Source of the DNA: Bugula neritina | Taxonomy: Eukaryota > Animalia > Bryozoa | Reading direction: 5' to 3' | Assembly (NCBI GenBank): GCA_964035545.1 | Contig: OZ037770.1 | Coordinates: 3,132,662 to 3,196,661 of the forward strand | DNA: 64,000 nucleotides | Shown here: positions 11,027 through 23,500 of the stretch, one piece after another | Layout of the letters: every line of letters starts with the position of its first letter | Position numbering within the stretch: position 1 is the stretch's first letter | Made by a program: the position numbers and the translations under genes | The notes under the pieces: model-generated | What the model was told of the DNA's origin: nothing | Databases searched by the model: none | The model's input: the letters and a program-made list of their open reading frames with translations, nothing else

Positions 11027-14000
11027 TCAGCTTATAGCATCTGCTTTCAGCTGGTACTCCTGTGCTTTTCCATATTCACCCATTTCCTCATATACAATTC
11101 TGATGTGTTTATAAGAAGTAGCGATGTGTGGATGTGTAGCCTCACTGCCATAGACAGCTAGCCCCATATCTAATGACTTAGTATAGTATTCTAGTGCCTT
11201 GCTATATTCACCCATGCCGCAATACACAAGACCAATATTGTTATATGAAGTAGCAATGTCTGCATGTGTAGCCTCACTGCCATAGACAGCTAGCCTCATA
11301 TCTAATGACTTAGTATGGTATTCTAGTGCCTTGCTATATTCACCCATGTTGTTATACACAAGACCAATATTGCTATATGAAGTAGCAATGTGTGCATGTG
11401 TAGCCTCACTGCCATAGACAGCTAGCTCCATATCTAATGACTTAGTATAGTATTCTAGTGCCTTGCTATATTCACCCATGTTGTTATACACAAGACCAAT
11501 ATTGCTATAAGAAGTAGCAATGCTTGCATGTGTAGCCTCACTGCCATAGACAGCTATGTACATATCTAATGACTTAGTATAGTATTCTAGTGCCTTGCTA
11601 TATTCACCAATGCTGTAATACACAAGACCAATATTGTTATAAGAAGTAGCAATGTCTGCATGTGTAGCCTCACTGCCATAGACAGCTAGCTTCATATCTA
11701 ATGACTTAGTATAGTATTCTAGTGCCTTGCTATATTCACCCATGCTGTAATACACAGTACCAAGCTCACCATAAGCACTAGCTAAGTCTACATGATTTGT
11801 CTTCCCATGTACAGCAATATACATGTCACATGACCTGTTCATATAAAGCAAAGCCTGATCATAAAGACACATATCTCGATACACTCCACCAACTTGGAGA
11901 TAACATGAGGCTATATCAGGATGAGCACCTTGTACCTCTCTACTAGCTCTTTCTATATTCAATTGTCTAGCCTTAGTACCTAAGTCTATAGAAAACTTCC
12001 CCATTTCTCCATGAAGTTGGGCCAGTATTGGAATGTCTTTAATCTCATTAAATATGTTTTTAGTCATTTCTAAAGCCATTGCATGATATTTGAGTGCAAG
12101 CTTTTCTTTTCCCATCTCACTATATACTCTACCATAAGCAGAGTGTATGTCTGCAATGTCTATGTGGGTGGTCTCTGCTGTAGCCTGTGAAATCTTAAGA
12201 GCTGATTTGAGACTTGAAAGGGCTGAGTCATAATCCCCCATAAGGCAGTGAAGGAGCCCCACTTCCACCAGTAGACTAGCTTTTTCATGATTACCTGCTT
12301 CTATGCTATCATATATGTGTCTAGCTGTATGATAATTACTGAGTGCTGCATCATAGTTTGACCTTTTGACTTCCAGAGCTGCCACATCTCTATAACACTG
12401 AGCAACACTGCCATGATGAGTTGTGGTGTACAGGTTCTCTGTCATATACAAAGCTCTGCTATAGAAATGCAATGACATTTCATAGTCTTCAATATTTTCA
12501 TAAATTAGTCCCAACCCTCTCAGTAGTATTGCAACATCTGGGTGATCAACACAGTCAGTGTGGAGCTCTACCAACTCATCAAGGTACTGAGTCAGGTACT
12601 GTATACCTCTCTCATGCTCTCCTTTCTCCGAATGTATTAAAGCTAATGATACTATCAGCTCAATGTAATGGCTATCAAGTCTTTCCTGTTTGTCAACTGA
12701 GTGCAGCCTGTCAAAAACTGTGAGGGCAGAATTGGCCATTTCCTCTGCTTGTATGTAGTTCTTTGTGTTTTTACATGCTTCACTGAGGACTCTGAAAGCT
12801 TGTGCAGTGAGTTCAAACCATCGCTTGTCTTCATCTGGAAGTTCAGAGCTTGTAGACATCTTTTTTACAAACCTGAACAGAGTTTGCCCTTTACTCATGT
12901 TAAACTTGGTCTTTAGAGTAGAGTAAACATCTCCAAGCAGTGAAAATACATTCGTATAGTTGTGAAGTTTGTTAGCACAATCTGTGGCCAAAATCTTCCA
13001 CTTCAACACATCAATTGGAGTTTCTTTAGAATTTTTGGCCAGCCAAGTAAAATATTTCAAAGAGAGCTGGAAATTTTGTGAAGAATATAACAAATAGGCT
13101 GCCAGTTCAATAAGTTGCTGGGAAGTTTTTACTTCCTCTGAGCCACTACTTAACAACTTTGACGTTTCTGATTTGTTTTGGTTGAGAGATTTTTTTACAG
13201 TCTTTGCAAATGAATCAGGTCTCTCAGCAAATATTTCTTCACCACAGTTGGTTCTTATGGTTTTTATTGCCTGTTCATAGGATCCACAGAAGTACTCAGC
13301 TTCAGCTTTTACCATAAAAGATGAACTCTGCACATTTAAATTGCTTACTAAACGCTTCATCACATCAACCTTGTCTGTTGTGTTTAGACTGGTTAGTGAA
13401 ACAAAATTTTCAGCAATGCACAATTTGAAAGGAACAATTGTGTAGATCATCAGGATGAAAATATCAGGCGATAAGCAGTAAACTTTTCTGTTTGATTTTG
13501 CTGCAGGATACAGTGAAAATTGATCTTGCTGAGATTGTAGCTGAATACAAGCTGCTGTCCTTATGTATATAGCTAAAGCTGATACTAAGTTTAGTCTGAA
13601 ACACTGTGCATCATCTATATACCCACATTCTTTCAGTTTCTTATTTACCAACCAAGGTTTTGTTTCAGAAAATCCTAAAAGCAGTCGGAGATGATCAACC
13701 AAAAGTGTTGGGTATCGAAATAATTCGGACTTCACTTTAAGCTGGGTGTTGTCTGGAGGCCCAAAAGACTCAAAACTAGGTTGGAAGTTATATGTATTCA
13801 CATCATTTTCTAGTACTGCTAATCGCTTTTTTATTAGCAATGCGCTCGAGCTTTCTTCTGCTAAGATTTTATGAAAACTTTCTTTTACTGTTTCGTAAAG
13901 AGCATTACCACTTTTATGGGAGTAAACCAACACTGAAGAAGAGAGAATGTCACCAATATCTGCTGTGTCACCAGCAGGTGAACACAACGCTTCCCTATAC

Positions 14001-14900
14001 ACACAGGTTAACTGCTCTGGCATCAGGATCAAGTTCTTAGCACCATCACCTCTTCCAGTAGGGATATTCCCTGCTTTCTTTGATATGCCATCAATGTGAA
14101 ACCCAACAGTCACATCATCATTGTAGGACTTGTCTATCTCAGCAATATCAAAGGTTTTCAAGGGAGATTCTCCCATGTTCCCTATTCTAAAGTAACTATC
14201 AACAGCTAACTTAGTAAAGTAGTCCATGTGACTGTCAGACTCCACAATGAAGGCATATTCTAAGTCAGAGTAAGGAGTGGCTGTACCACGAGCAACAGAA
14301 CCCAATGCAATCACAGCAAAAGAACAAGGATCCTTCAAACCTAACTTACTAAGATTATCAACACTTGACTGCATAATGGACGCACAGACTGAAATAAATC
14401 GGTTACTACATTTTTGACTTAGTTTAAATACAGCATCAGAAAAGGAAGACAGTTGATCCTTTGAAGGGTAACTGTCAAGGTTTAAATACTTTGTATCAAT
14501 AGAGTCAAAGTCATATTTAGTTTCATCTCTGTACTCTCTGAGTAGCTGTAAGTGTTTGGTTGTTTGCTGCTCATGTTCCTCATATGTAAGTGGATGCCTA
14601 CCTTTGTACCAGCTATCTTCTATATCATAGACTTTACGCTTTCTTTCTGCTGTGAATTCTCTGGCAAGACATCTGTTGGCCAACCCATGAGCCTAAGTAC
14701 AATACCACAATATTCGTTATATTCATTATACATGCCTATCACAAACAACTTTGAGACTCAAGTATAGTAAGTATGTACATTAATTAGTCACCTATACACA
14801 CCTTAAGGTAAGGCACCCAGTCACCATTTGAGTCTCTTGCCTCATTCTGGTATTTCTCTGTCAACTCATCCAACTTCTCAATGTCTCTATAGCTCTCCAT
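11027..14900 (-). CDS. Nucleotidyltransferase (DUF294/GlnD/GlnE-like, pol-beta fold) + helical substrate-binding domain + TPR-repeat protein, about 1254 aa
   Basis: Two coding exons: 14900-14802 (MESYRDIEKL...WVPYLK; in-frame TAA two codons upstream of the ATG) and 14692-11027, joined by a 109-bp phase-0 GT-AG intron. NTase signature FAVIALGSVARGTATPYSDLEYAFIV (GS-x-DxE), candidate third acid in GFHIDG, DUF294_C-like helices (KVKSELFRYPTLLVDHL; LKECGYID...LAIYIR), then roughly 12-13 TPRs. Confidence 0.9.
11030..11794 (-). repeat. Coding tandem array of 132-bp (44-aa) TPR units, 6 units with a near-identical core
   Basis: Units start at 11794, 11662, 11530, 11398, 11266 and 11134; consensus HAxIATSYxNIGLVYxxMGEYSKALEYYTKSLDMxLAVYGSEAT. 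Confidence 0.95.
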
Positions 14901-16100
14901 TACTTACTGTCTACAAGATAAGTGAGTAAGTTATTACACATATCTCTGCAAAGAGATACAATGTATTTCAACTTCCTAAGAAAAGGTATTAAATTCAAAA
15001 AGGTAGCAATTATTTTTTCTAGCCTTTATAATAATAGAATAATGTTTAAATTATAAGAAATTCCATATAATTTGGTAAAAGATAAAGCAATTGCTTTCCT
15101 TATACAAGTAACTTGCAAGAAAAACTAACTGGTTACTAGGAAATAAAATAGCAGCAAAATGTGCAGCACAAAGTAAAGTTATCTAAACTCAAACTAAATA
15201 AAGGTCAATGCTGCAATTTTAATAATCTGTTAAAATAGTTTTACATTTGAGTTTTTCTAATTTCTTTTGCTTCAAAGCAATTGCAAAATTCAATTGACTT
15301 ACCTGAGAAAATTTATAATTAGAATAAAATCAGAAACTTACTTCAAATTAATGAAGGAGGATGGTCTATGTCAGCTGAGGTAGAGTCAACTTTGTGACAG
15401 GTGTTAGCAGGTGTGTTGTGGCGCTGTATATATATAGTGGGGCTGTGACAGGTAGACTTCGGAGGTATTGTGCTGATGGCAGGTGCTGACAGGTGTCTTC
15501 TAGTTGGGTGGTGACTGAAATTAGCAGTAGAAATACATATAAATTTATTTTTACAAATCATTTTATAACTCAGTATGCCAACAAGGTAAAAATTTGGTAA
15601 TTAAATTAACAAACAAGAAGGTCATACTTTCATAGCAGCTACCAGTTACCAGTAGGTCTACAGAATTATTATTAGCGACACCAGCAACCAAAGAATATGT
15701 TAATTCAAACTGACACAATATTCATCAGAGAAATGAGTTCGAGGACTGCATATATTTTCAAGACTACATTTTCTTAACCAGTATAAACTCAACACATGCA
15801 GTATAATATGATAGTAGGTAGAAATGTTTAATTTCAGGGAAACATTTGCTTAACAAATATTATCCAATTATAGCTTTAATTGCTGAAACAAATAGCTTGT
15901 TGACAATGTCTACATATATACAAGTGTTTTTAGTCGTAACCATAGCAACTATCAGTCTACTATCAAGGTTAAATATAACAACCACAGAAAGCTTTGTAAA
16001 CTTCAAAGAGTAAATTATGTAACTGGATGCTGTACTGCTTATGTGAATGGGGAATATAGAATAGAAACTGCACTTAGTTGGATGTAGAAACAAAGGCTTA

Positions 16101-16432
16101 GCCTAGGGCCACACGGTGCGTATTTTCTCATGCGAAAATTGAAATCACAAGTAGCAAAGGTGTCCACTGTGCGCGTTGAGAAAACATTAGCACTTGTCGC
16201 TCAGCATTTTCAACGCAAGTGCGAATCGTCACCTAATTGGCTGGTAGTTATTCAGCGAGCCCAATTTCTTTATTTTAGTGCTACATTCCAGTAAATTGCG
16301 TTTTATTGAAAACGAGTGCGACTTAAAAATGAAAGCTTTATTTATCACGCATCACTGACGCTACAGTGGACACCTTTGCTACTTGTGATTTCAATTTTCG
16401 CATGCGAAAATACGCGCCGTGTGGCCCTAGGC
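16101..16432. mobile_element. PIF/Harbinger-type MITE, 332 bp
   Basis: Near-perfect TIRs of about 70 bp (gcctagggccacacgg...gtgtccactgt / acagtggacac...gtggccctaggc) flanked on both sides by TTA. Confidence 0.9.
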
Positions 16433-17782
16433 TTAGAGTAGTAAAAGTCTGCTCTATAAAATATTCCTCACCGGAGATGTAGGCCAGTAAAGTATAATGA
16501 AAGACATTGACTGTAAAGAAGGTAGAAATTTTAGTCAGCTAATAAGAAAATAACATTTCAAAATGTAAAAAAAAAAAACTTACTTTTAGGTAATTAAAGA
16601 CATGTGTTGGCTTTATGCAGTGGCAGACTTTGTGACAGGTGATAGCAGGTGGGTTCTATTGTGGTAGTGTCTAGAAAGAAAACTCACATTTATATTCTAT
16701 ATGATTATAACTATAAAAGTAATGAAGATCTCAAACCTGAGGTAGAAATGATAAAAGTCAAGAGAACTGCAACACTGCATAGCTTTTCTAAAACAACTGC
16801 TACATGTAAAACTTTCTGTAATCTTCATTCTGATGAGTTAATTTTTTTTAATAAAGAATACATACATATATTTTAGGTTATTACTAGAGCTGCATAAAAA
16901 AATAGAGCAATAGGAATACATGGTGCTTAACATACACACCTTCCTAAAGCAACAAATTTATATTTTAACAGAGTTACTATTTAATTTAAACTTCTTATAC
17001 TGATGCAGCAACTGTAAAACCCTTTAGGTAATTGTCTATGTCAGGGAAGAGAAATATTGTATGGGTGTCAAAAAGCCTCTGTAAAATTTTATTATTAGTT
17101 ATTAGAAACTTCACTTGTAGGAGAAACTTACTTCTAGGTAGTTGATATGGGAATTGTCTATGTTAGTTTATAGGTGAGGCTCAACTTTGTGGCAGGTGAT
17201 AGCAGGTGTGTTGTGTTGCTGTATTTATATGGTGAGGCTGTGACAGGCAGACTTTGGTAGTAAGGTAGTGATGGCAGGTGTCAACATGAGTCTTCTGCTT
17301 GAATGGTCTCTATAAAAATGTATCAACATTTTGTATTTTTTACTATAAAAACTGAAATATCTCAGCTAAGCCTATGCCTCAGTTATGCCCACACCATTCC
17401 TCATAATATTGGGCTTTATTTTGATCCTGATGCTTGTAAACAAAACCATAGCAACAATCAGTAACTAATGTATTGATTATTTACATGCTTATTAACATGA
17501 GCACAGATATTATCAGAAATATATTTGCTCAACATTTAAAAAGTTAGGAGCAAATAGTGCATGTCTTTAAGATTATTACATGATAGTCAGTGAAAATGTT
17601 TAGCTTCAGAGAGACACTTGCTGAGCAAACTTTCTGCTGAAAATTCTGATTGTAGAAGGAAGTAACATGACTACAATGTCTACATAATGTCGAATAAAAT
17701 GTATCACTGCCTTATATTTTTATTATAAAAACCTGAATCTCTCAGCTAGGCCTTTGCCTCAGCTATGCCCATTGGAAGGTAA

Positions 17783-17852
17783 ACATTGCACAGGTAATAA
17801 TGGCACAGGTAATAATGGCACAGGTAATAATGGCACAGGTAATAATGGCACA
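17783..17852. repeat. 15-bp tandem repeat GGCACAGGTAATAAT (terminal fragment of a MITE family)
   Basis: About 4 copies; the same motif forms the subterminal repeats of the element at 20298-20545. Confidence 0.7.
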
Positions 17853-20297
17853 TGAGACAATCTATAGTCTAAACTGAGGTTATTTTAAAGTCAGAAGATG
17901 TAGCTGCATATATAAACTTATATTATATGTATATTATAACTAGAATAGTAAATATATACATCTACATATGAGATAAATAACATGACTGTAGGTGATACAT
18001 CTATCAAACTAACAGTGAAGAAAGGTGTTAAATAAAGAGTTTACTAATAGCTCACTCTATACACTATGAAAGGCATTAATTCACTTTAATTATCACCTAA
18101 TAATGCTTTTCAATTAACAAATAACTTCTCTAACTACTCACAAAATAATGGTTCAAGTTAGTTAAAACAGAACTGTGTACTGTGTAGACTACAGTATGTA
18201 ATAATTTACTAAATTTATGCCAGTTTAAATGCCTTCTTTAAAAAAAATGTAGTGACTCAACTTTTTCAAATCAATTTTTTAAAAAGTAAAAAGGTTTCAA
18301 CGCTACAAACCCTCATAAAACTATGATTCACTTTAATCAAATACTTAATATTGGTGAGGAATTTTTGAAGGTTTTAGATTATTTTATGCCATTAAAAAAG
18401 TTTCATTTTCAATTATAGGTATTTGAGGAGGATATTTAGTATTATCTCAGGTAGTGTGACAGGTGATAGCAGGTGTGTTGTGATGCTGTATCTATATGGT
18501 GAGGCTGTGACAGGCAGACTTTGGTAGTATTGTGCTGATGACAGGTGATAGCAAGTGTCTTCTACTCGGATGGTGACCGGAATTAGCAACAGAGTTGCAT
18601 AAAAATAATATTGAAATATTTTTGGAAAGTCAACAAATTAGAAATGTGTGATAATTAAAACAAATAATTTTGTTTTTATTTCTCTTTTACTTCTAAAAAC
18701 TGGGAGCAGCAGCAAAGTTCCATAAAAGGTTTAAGTCTAAAAATAATAATCGTGCAACTTTATGATTTGTTTGCTAACAAATATAACTGTGGGAATGTAA
18801 CACATTAACAGCCAATAGTTTAGCAAATATTATTGAGTAGAAATCTACATGAGATGCTGTATACTGAAATAATGTTTTGAGTCACAAGATGTAGAGAAAG
18901 TTATGTAGAATAATATCTTTCTAGGTTTATCTAATAAAAATATTATCTTTGTATGTAACTCAAATTTAAATCTATATTACAGAAATTACAATTGATCTAT
19001 AAATACAGATATAATAAATATAAACTAAATTAGAGATTAGCATGTGACACAGCACCCACTATGTGACAGGTGTTAGCAGGTGTGTGCTGGTGTCAGAATA
19101 CTGCTTATCACATATTTGAGAGGCTTTAAAATTGTATTGAAGAGGATAAATTCTGAAAAACGCCCACTTTATCTCAACTCTAGTGTTTATATCAACTGAT
19201 AAGGAATCTGAATATTCTGCTAAGTAGTAGAAATACTACACCTTCTCTATAAGATAATATCTCATAATAAAATAATAAAAACAATATAAGCTATAGTGGA
19301 TAAATGTATAACATGTTGCATACTTAATCAAAAGACTAGACAAATGTGTGTTGAACGTAGGTTGCCTGCAGCACCTTTTCATTATTTACTTTGTATATGA
19401 GCTTTTTCTGTGCCTGAAAATAGCTGCAGGGTGGAGCATTATATTATAACTGTTTTTATAAATAACTTCTCTAACAAAATAATAGTTCAAGTTAGTTACG
19501 ACAGAGTATAAATTAATTTTGTATGCCAGTTTAAATGCCTTCTTAAAACTAATGTAGTGAGTCACCTTTTTCAGCTCGATTTTTTCTCAGGGGCAAAATA
19601 TTTTAACAAACCCTCATAAATCTATGCTTCATTCTAATTAAATATTCAACTTTGGTGAGAAATTTTTGAAGGTTATGGTTATGAAAATTTTCACATAGAA
19701 AATCTATTTACAGGTCTTTGATGAGGATATCAAATATCAGGTCAGGTAGTGTTAGCAGGTGTTCGCAGGTGTATTGTGGTGCTGTATATATATGGTGAGG
19801 GTGTGACAGGCAGGACCTTGTAGTAATGTGCTGATGGTAGGTGCTGACAGGTGTCTTCTATTTGGGTGGTGTCTAAAATTGGCAGTACAACTACATACAG
19901 TAGCTTTCACAAAAATACTATATGTAATAGCTAACAAACTCACACTTTCATATATTACATGCAAAATTAAATCTATATCAACAAGTTGACTATAAACAAT
20001 ACAGTTGCTTTAATAAAGTTATAATATATATGCTGACAACATATAACTTGAATTATAGTTGTGTAGGATGAAGATATGAACATATGAGACAACATTTGTG
20101 ACAGGTGTTAGCAGGTGTGTGTTGGCAGGTATTAGCAGGTGTGTGTTGGCAGGTTTTAGCAGGTGTGTGTTGGCAGCTGAATAATGTCTATGAACTCTAT
20201 AAGAGTTTATCTCATGTCATCATAAAACTTTAATACAAAGTCTAAACTCTGGTAACACCCACTTTATCTCAACTTTAATATTTATATTAACTGATAA

Positions 20298-20545
20298 AGG
20301 TGTCCGGCAAAAGTGGCACAGGTAACAATATCACAAGTAAAATTGAACAGCAAAAATACCAGAGGTAGTAATAGCACAGGTAACGATGGTAAAATAGGTG
20401 ATAACATGGATAAATTGGCAGGTTTTCAAGTTAGAGTTTTGGGACTTCGGGTTTGAACAAATTAAATATGAGTGTGCTAGTTTTACTAACTTTTCCTTTT
20501 CCATTTGTGCCATTATACTACATGTGCCATTATTACCTAAAATCC
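20298..20545. mobile_element. Degenerate MITE-like insertion with GGCACAGGTAA subterminal repeats
   Basis: Motif is direct at the left end and inverted (tgtgccattattacct) at the right end; absent at the paralogous position near 19200. Confidence 0.5.
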
Positions 20546-23500
20546 TAAATAATATAAATTAATATTTATATGGTATTAATTCTAAAGTATTAAGTGATGA
20601 TAAAAATATTTTAAATTTATTGATTAGCCATGCGGATAACAAAATATTCAACTCGACACACACTACAACTCTGGAGGATATGAGTATCTAATCTAAGGCA
20701 AATTGATTTCAGTTATAACTGTTTGCAAATTTTTGGTATTAGAAATTTTACTTTTAAGAAAAAGAAACTCACTTTTAGAAAGTATAAATGGTGACTTTTT
20801 GTTGGCAGTGAGAGGCTGTGTGACAGGTGATAGAAGGCTTGTTGTGTTGCTTCAACAGGCGTTTGTATGGTGAGGCTGTGACAGGCAGTCTTTTGTAGAA
20901 ATGGGTGTATGGCAGGTGCTAGCAGGTGTCTTCTGCTTGGGTGGTGGGGTCTAAAAATAGCAGCAAGAGTGTGCATATAGCATTGTTTAAATCACAACAA
21001 GTTTTGGTGACGCCCACTTCATCTCAACTCTAATATTTATGTTTACTGTTAAGAATCAAAGGAGACATGAAATGGTGTTAAAAGTAGGTCAAATTTAGTT
21101 ATATATATGTTTTCTATTATCATATTTTTTTAAAAATCTTGACTGGTTTATAAAACACTAAGAGAAGGATGCAAGTGAAAAGATTTCCATTAAAAGGTTT
21201 TTCAAACATCCCCACTGATCGAATAAATATTGAAAAATGGTTATTTCCTTTCGACGTCACTTTTGTAAAAAGAATTACCTGGTTTCCAACATAATAAAAG
21301 TAGTTAAATGTGCTTTCATACATCTTCACTGAATTAAAATGCAAAGTTTTTGTTTAAATAGGTTGACAACTCAGGAAACTAGTGAGATATAATTAAATAT
21401 ATGCAATATATTTGATAAATACTTCAGTGACTTCAATATAAAAAATGATATCCGCTATGTTATTTTGAGAAATTATTCCTAGATCATAAATTCACTTCTA
21501 AAATATTTAACTTACTTTTACGTAACTGAAGATGAGCGTTTATTTTTGGCAGTGAGTAACTTTGTGACAGGTGCTAGCAGGTGGGTTTTGTTGGGGTAGT
21601 GTCTAAATAATAGATAATGTATTAATGTTTAGACTACAAAGTAATTGAAAAATATTCTAATATTAATTAGGTTTAGTGACTACAAATATAATTAAAATAT
21701 TTGAGAAAAAGAATTACAAATCTAGAGGATATGCATATCTTATCAAAGACAAAATGATTTTATTGACAACTGTATGCATCTTAAACTTTGTAGTATCAAA
21801 AGATTCGCCTTAAGAAAGAGAAACTTACTTTTAGAAAGTTTAAATAGTGGCTTTTTATTGGCAGTGAGAGGCTGTGTGACAGGTGATGGCAGGTGTGTTG
21901 TGTTGCTTCAACAAGCGTTTGTATGGTGAGGCTGTGACAGGCAGTCTTTTGTAGAAATGGGTGTATGGCAGGTGCTAGCAGGTGTCTTCTACTTGAGTGG
22001 TGTGACCTAGAAATAGCAGCAAAAGTTTACATTTAGTCTTGTTTAAAATAACACTGTGAGCTGTTAGTCTAACAACTATAGAAATATATTGTATTTGATA
22101 TTAGGTAAAATAAAAACCAATCGGTGAAAAGTTGTTCAAAAACCTGCATATTACAGATTTTTGAAAGGTGTTGACAAGTGTGTGCAATTTAATTTTGAAT
22201 AACGCTGAAAAGTTATGTAAGAGATTTCATTTTCACCACAAAATTTGACAAGAAAATTTATTTTTGGTACCGTTCTCTTCAACTCAACTCTAAAATTGAT
22301 ATTTACTGATAAGTATCAAATAAGACATAAAATGGTGTTAAAAAGTAGGTCAATATCAGTTCTATATAGATGTTTTCTTTCAAACATAAAATAACCTGTC
22401 CATTAAAATTCTTTTTAAACATCTTCAATAGATTGAAACTCACAAAATTAATTTTAATTAGTTGACAACTGAGTGAACTAGTAAATGTAATAAACATGAT
22501 AAATACTTTTTACTCATCTTAGTATAAAATAATAACCATTATATTATTTTAAAATTAACAGCCAATAGTTTAGCAAATATGATTGAGTAGAAATCTACAT
22601 GAGATGCTGTATACTGAAATAATGTTTTGAGTCACAAGATGTAGAGGAAGTTATGTAAAATAATGTCTTTCTAGGTTTATCTAATAAAAATATTATCTTT
22701 GTATGTAACTCAAATTTAAATCTATATTACAGAAATTATAATTAATCTATAAATACAGATATAATAAATATAAACTAGATGGAGAGATTAGCATGTGACA
22801 CAGCACCCACTTTGTGACAGGTGTTAGCAGGTGTGTGCTGGTGTCAGAATACTGCTTATCACATAATTATTTGAGAGGTGCATATGCAATAAACATAATA
22901 AATATTTTACTCATCTTAGTATAAAATAATAGCCATATTATTTTGAAACTATTATTAGATGGAAACTCCAGTTTTAAAAGAGATAATTTACCTTTATGTA
23001 ACTGACGGTGTGTTTATTTTAGGCAGTGAGTGACTTCGTGACAGGTGCTAGCAGGTGAGTTCTGTTGTGGTAGTGTCTAAATGAACAAATAATGAATAAA
23101 AATAAAATAATGCTTAAGTTCTTTAGTGTTTTGGTTAAAGAAATAACTATACAATTTTAGAATGCAATGGAATTTTCAAAAGCATATTTGGTTTTATAAA
23201 TGTATTTCCTTTTAACAGGCACTGAGTTAAATTTTTAAACTAAAATTCCTCCCTACAAGGTGAAAATAAAAGATAATATAAATTGTTGTGAAATATTGGC
23301 ATTATATAAGTTAATAGAAATTGTGATTGCATAAGCTATATTAGAAACTTTACTAAGAAAAGACAGAAACGTACTTGTAGGTATAGTTGAAGAGGATTGT
23401 CTATGTCAGCCGATGTCGTGATCAACTTTGTGGCAGGTGCTAGCAGGTGTGTTGTGTTGCTGTACTTGTATGGTGAGGCTGTGACAGGCAGGATCTGGTA

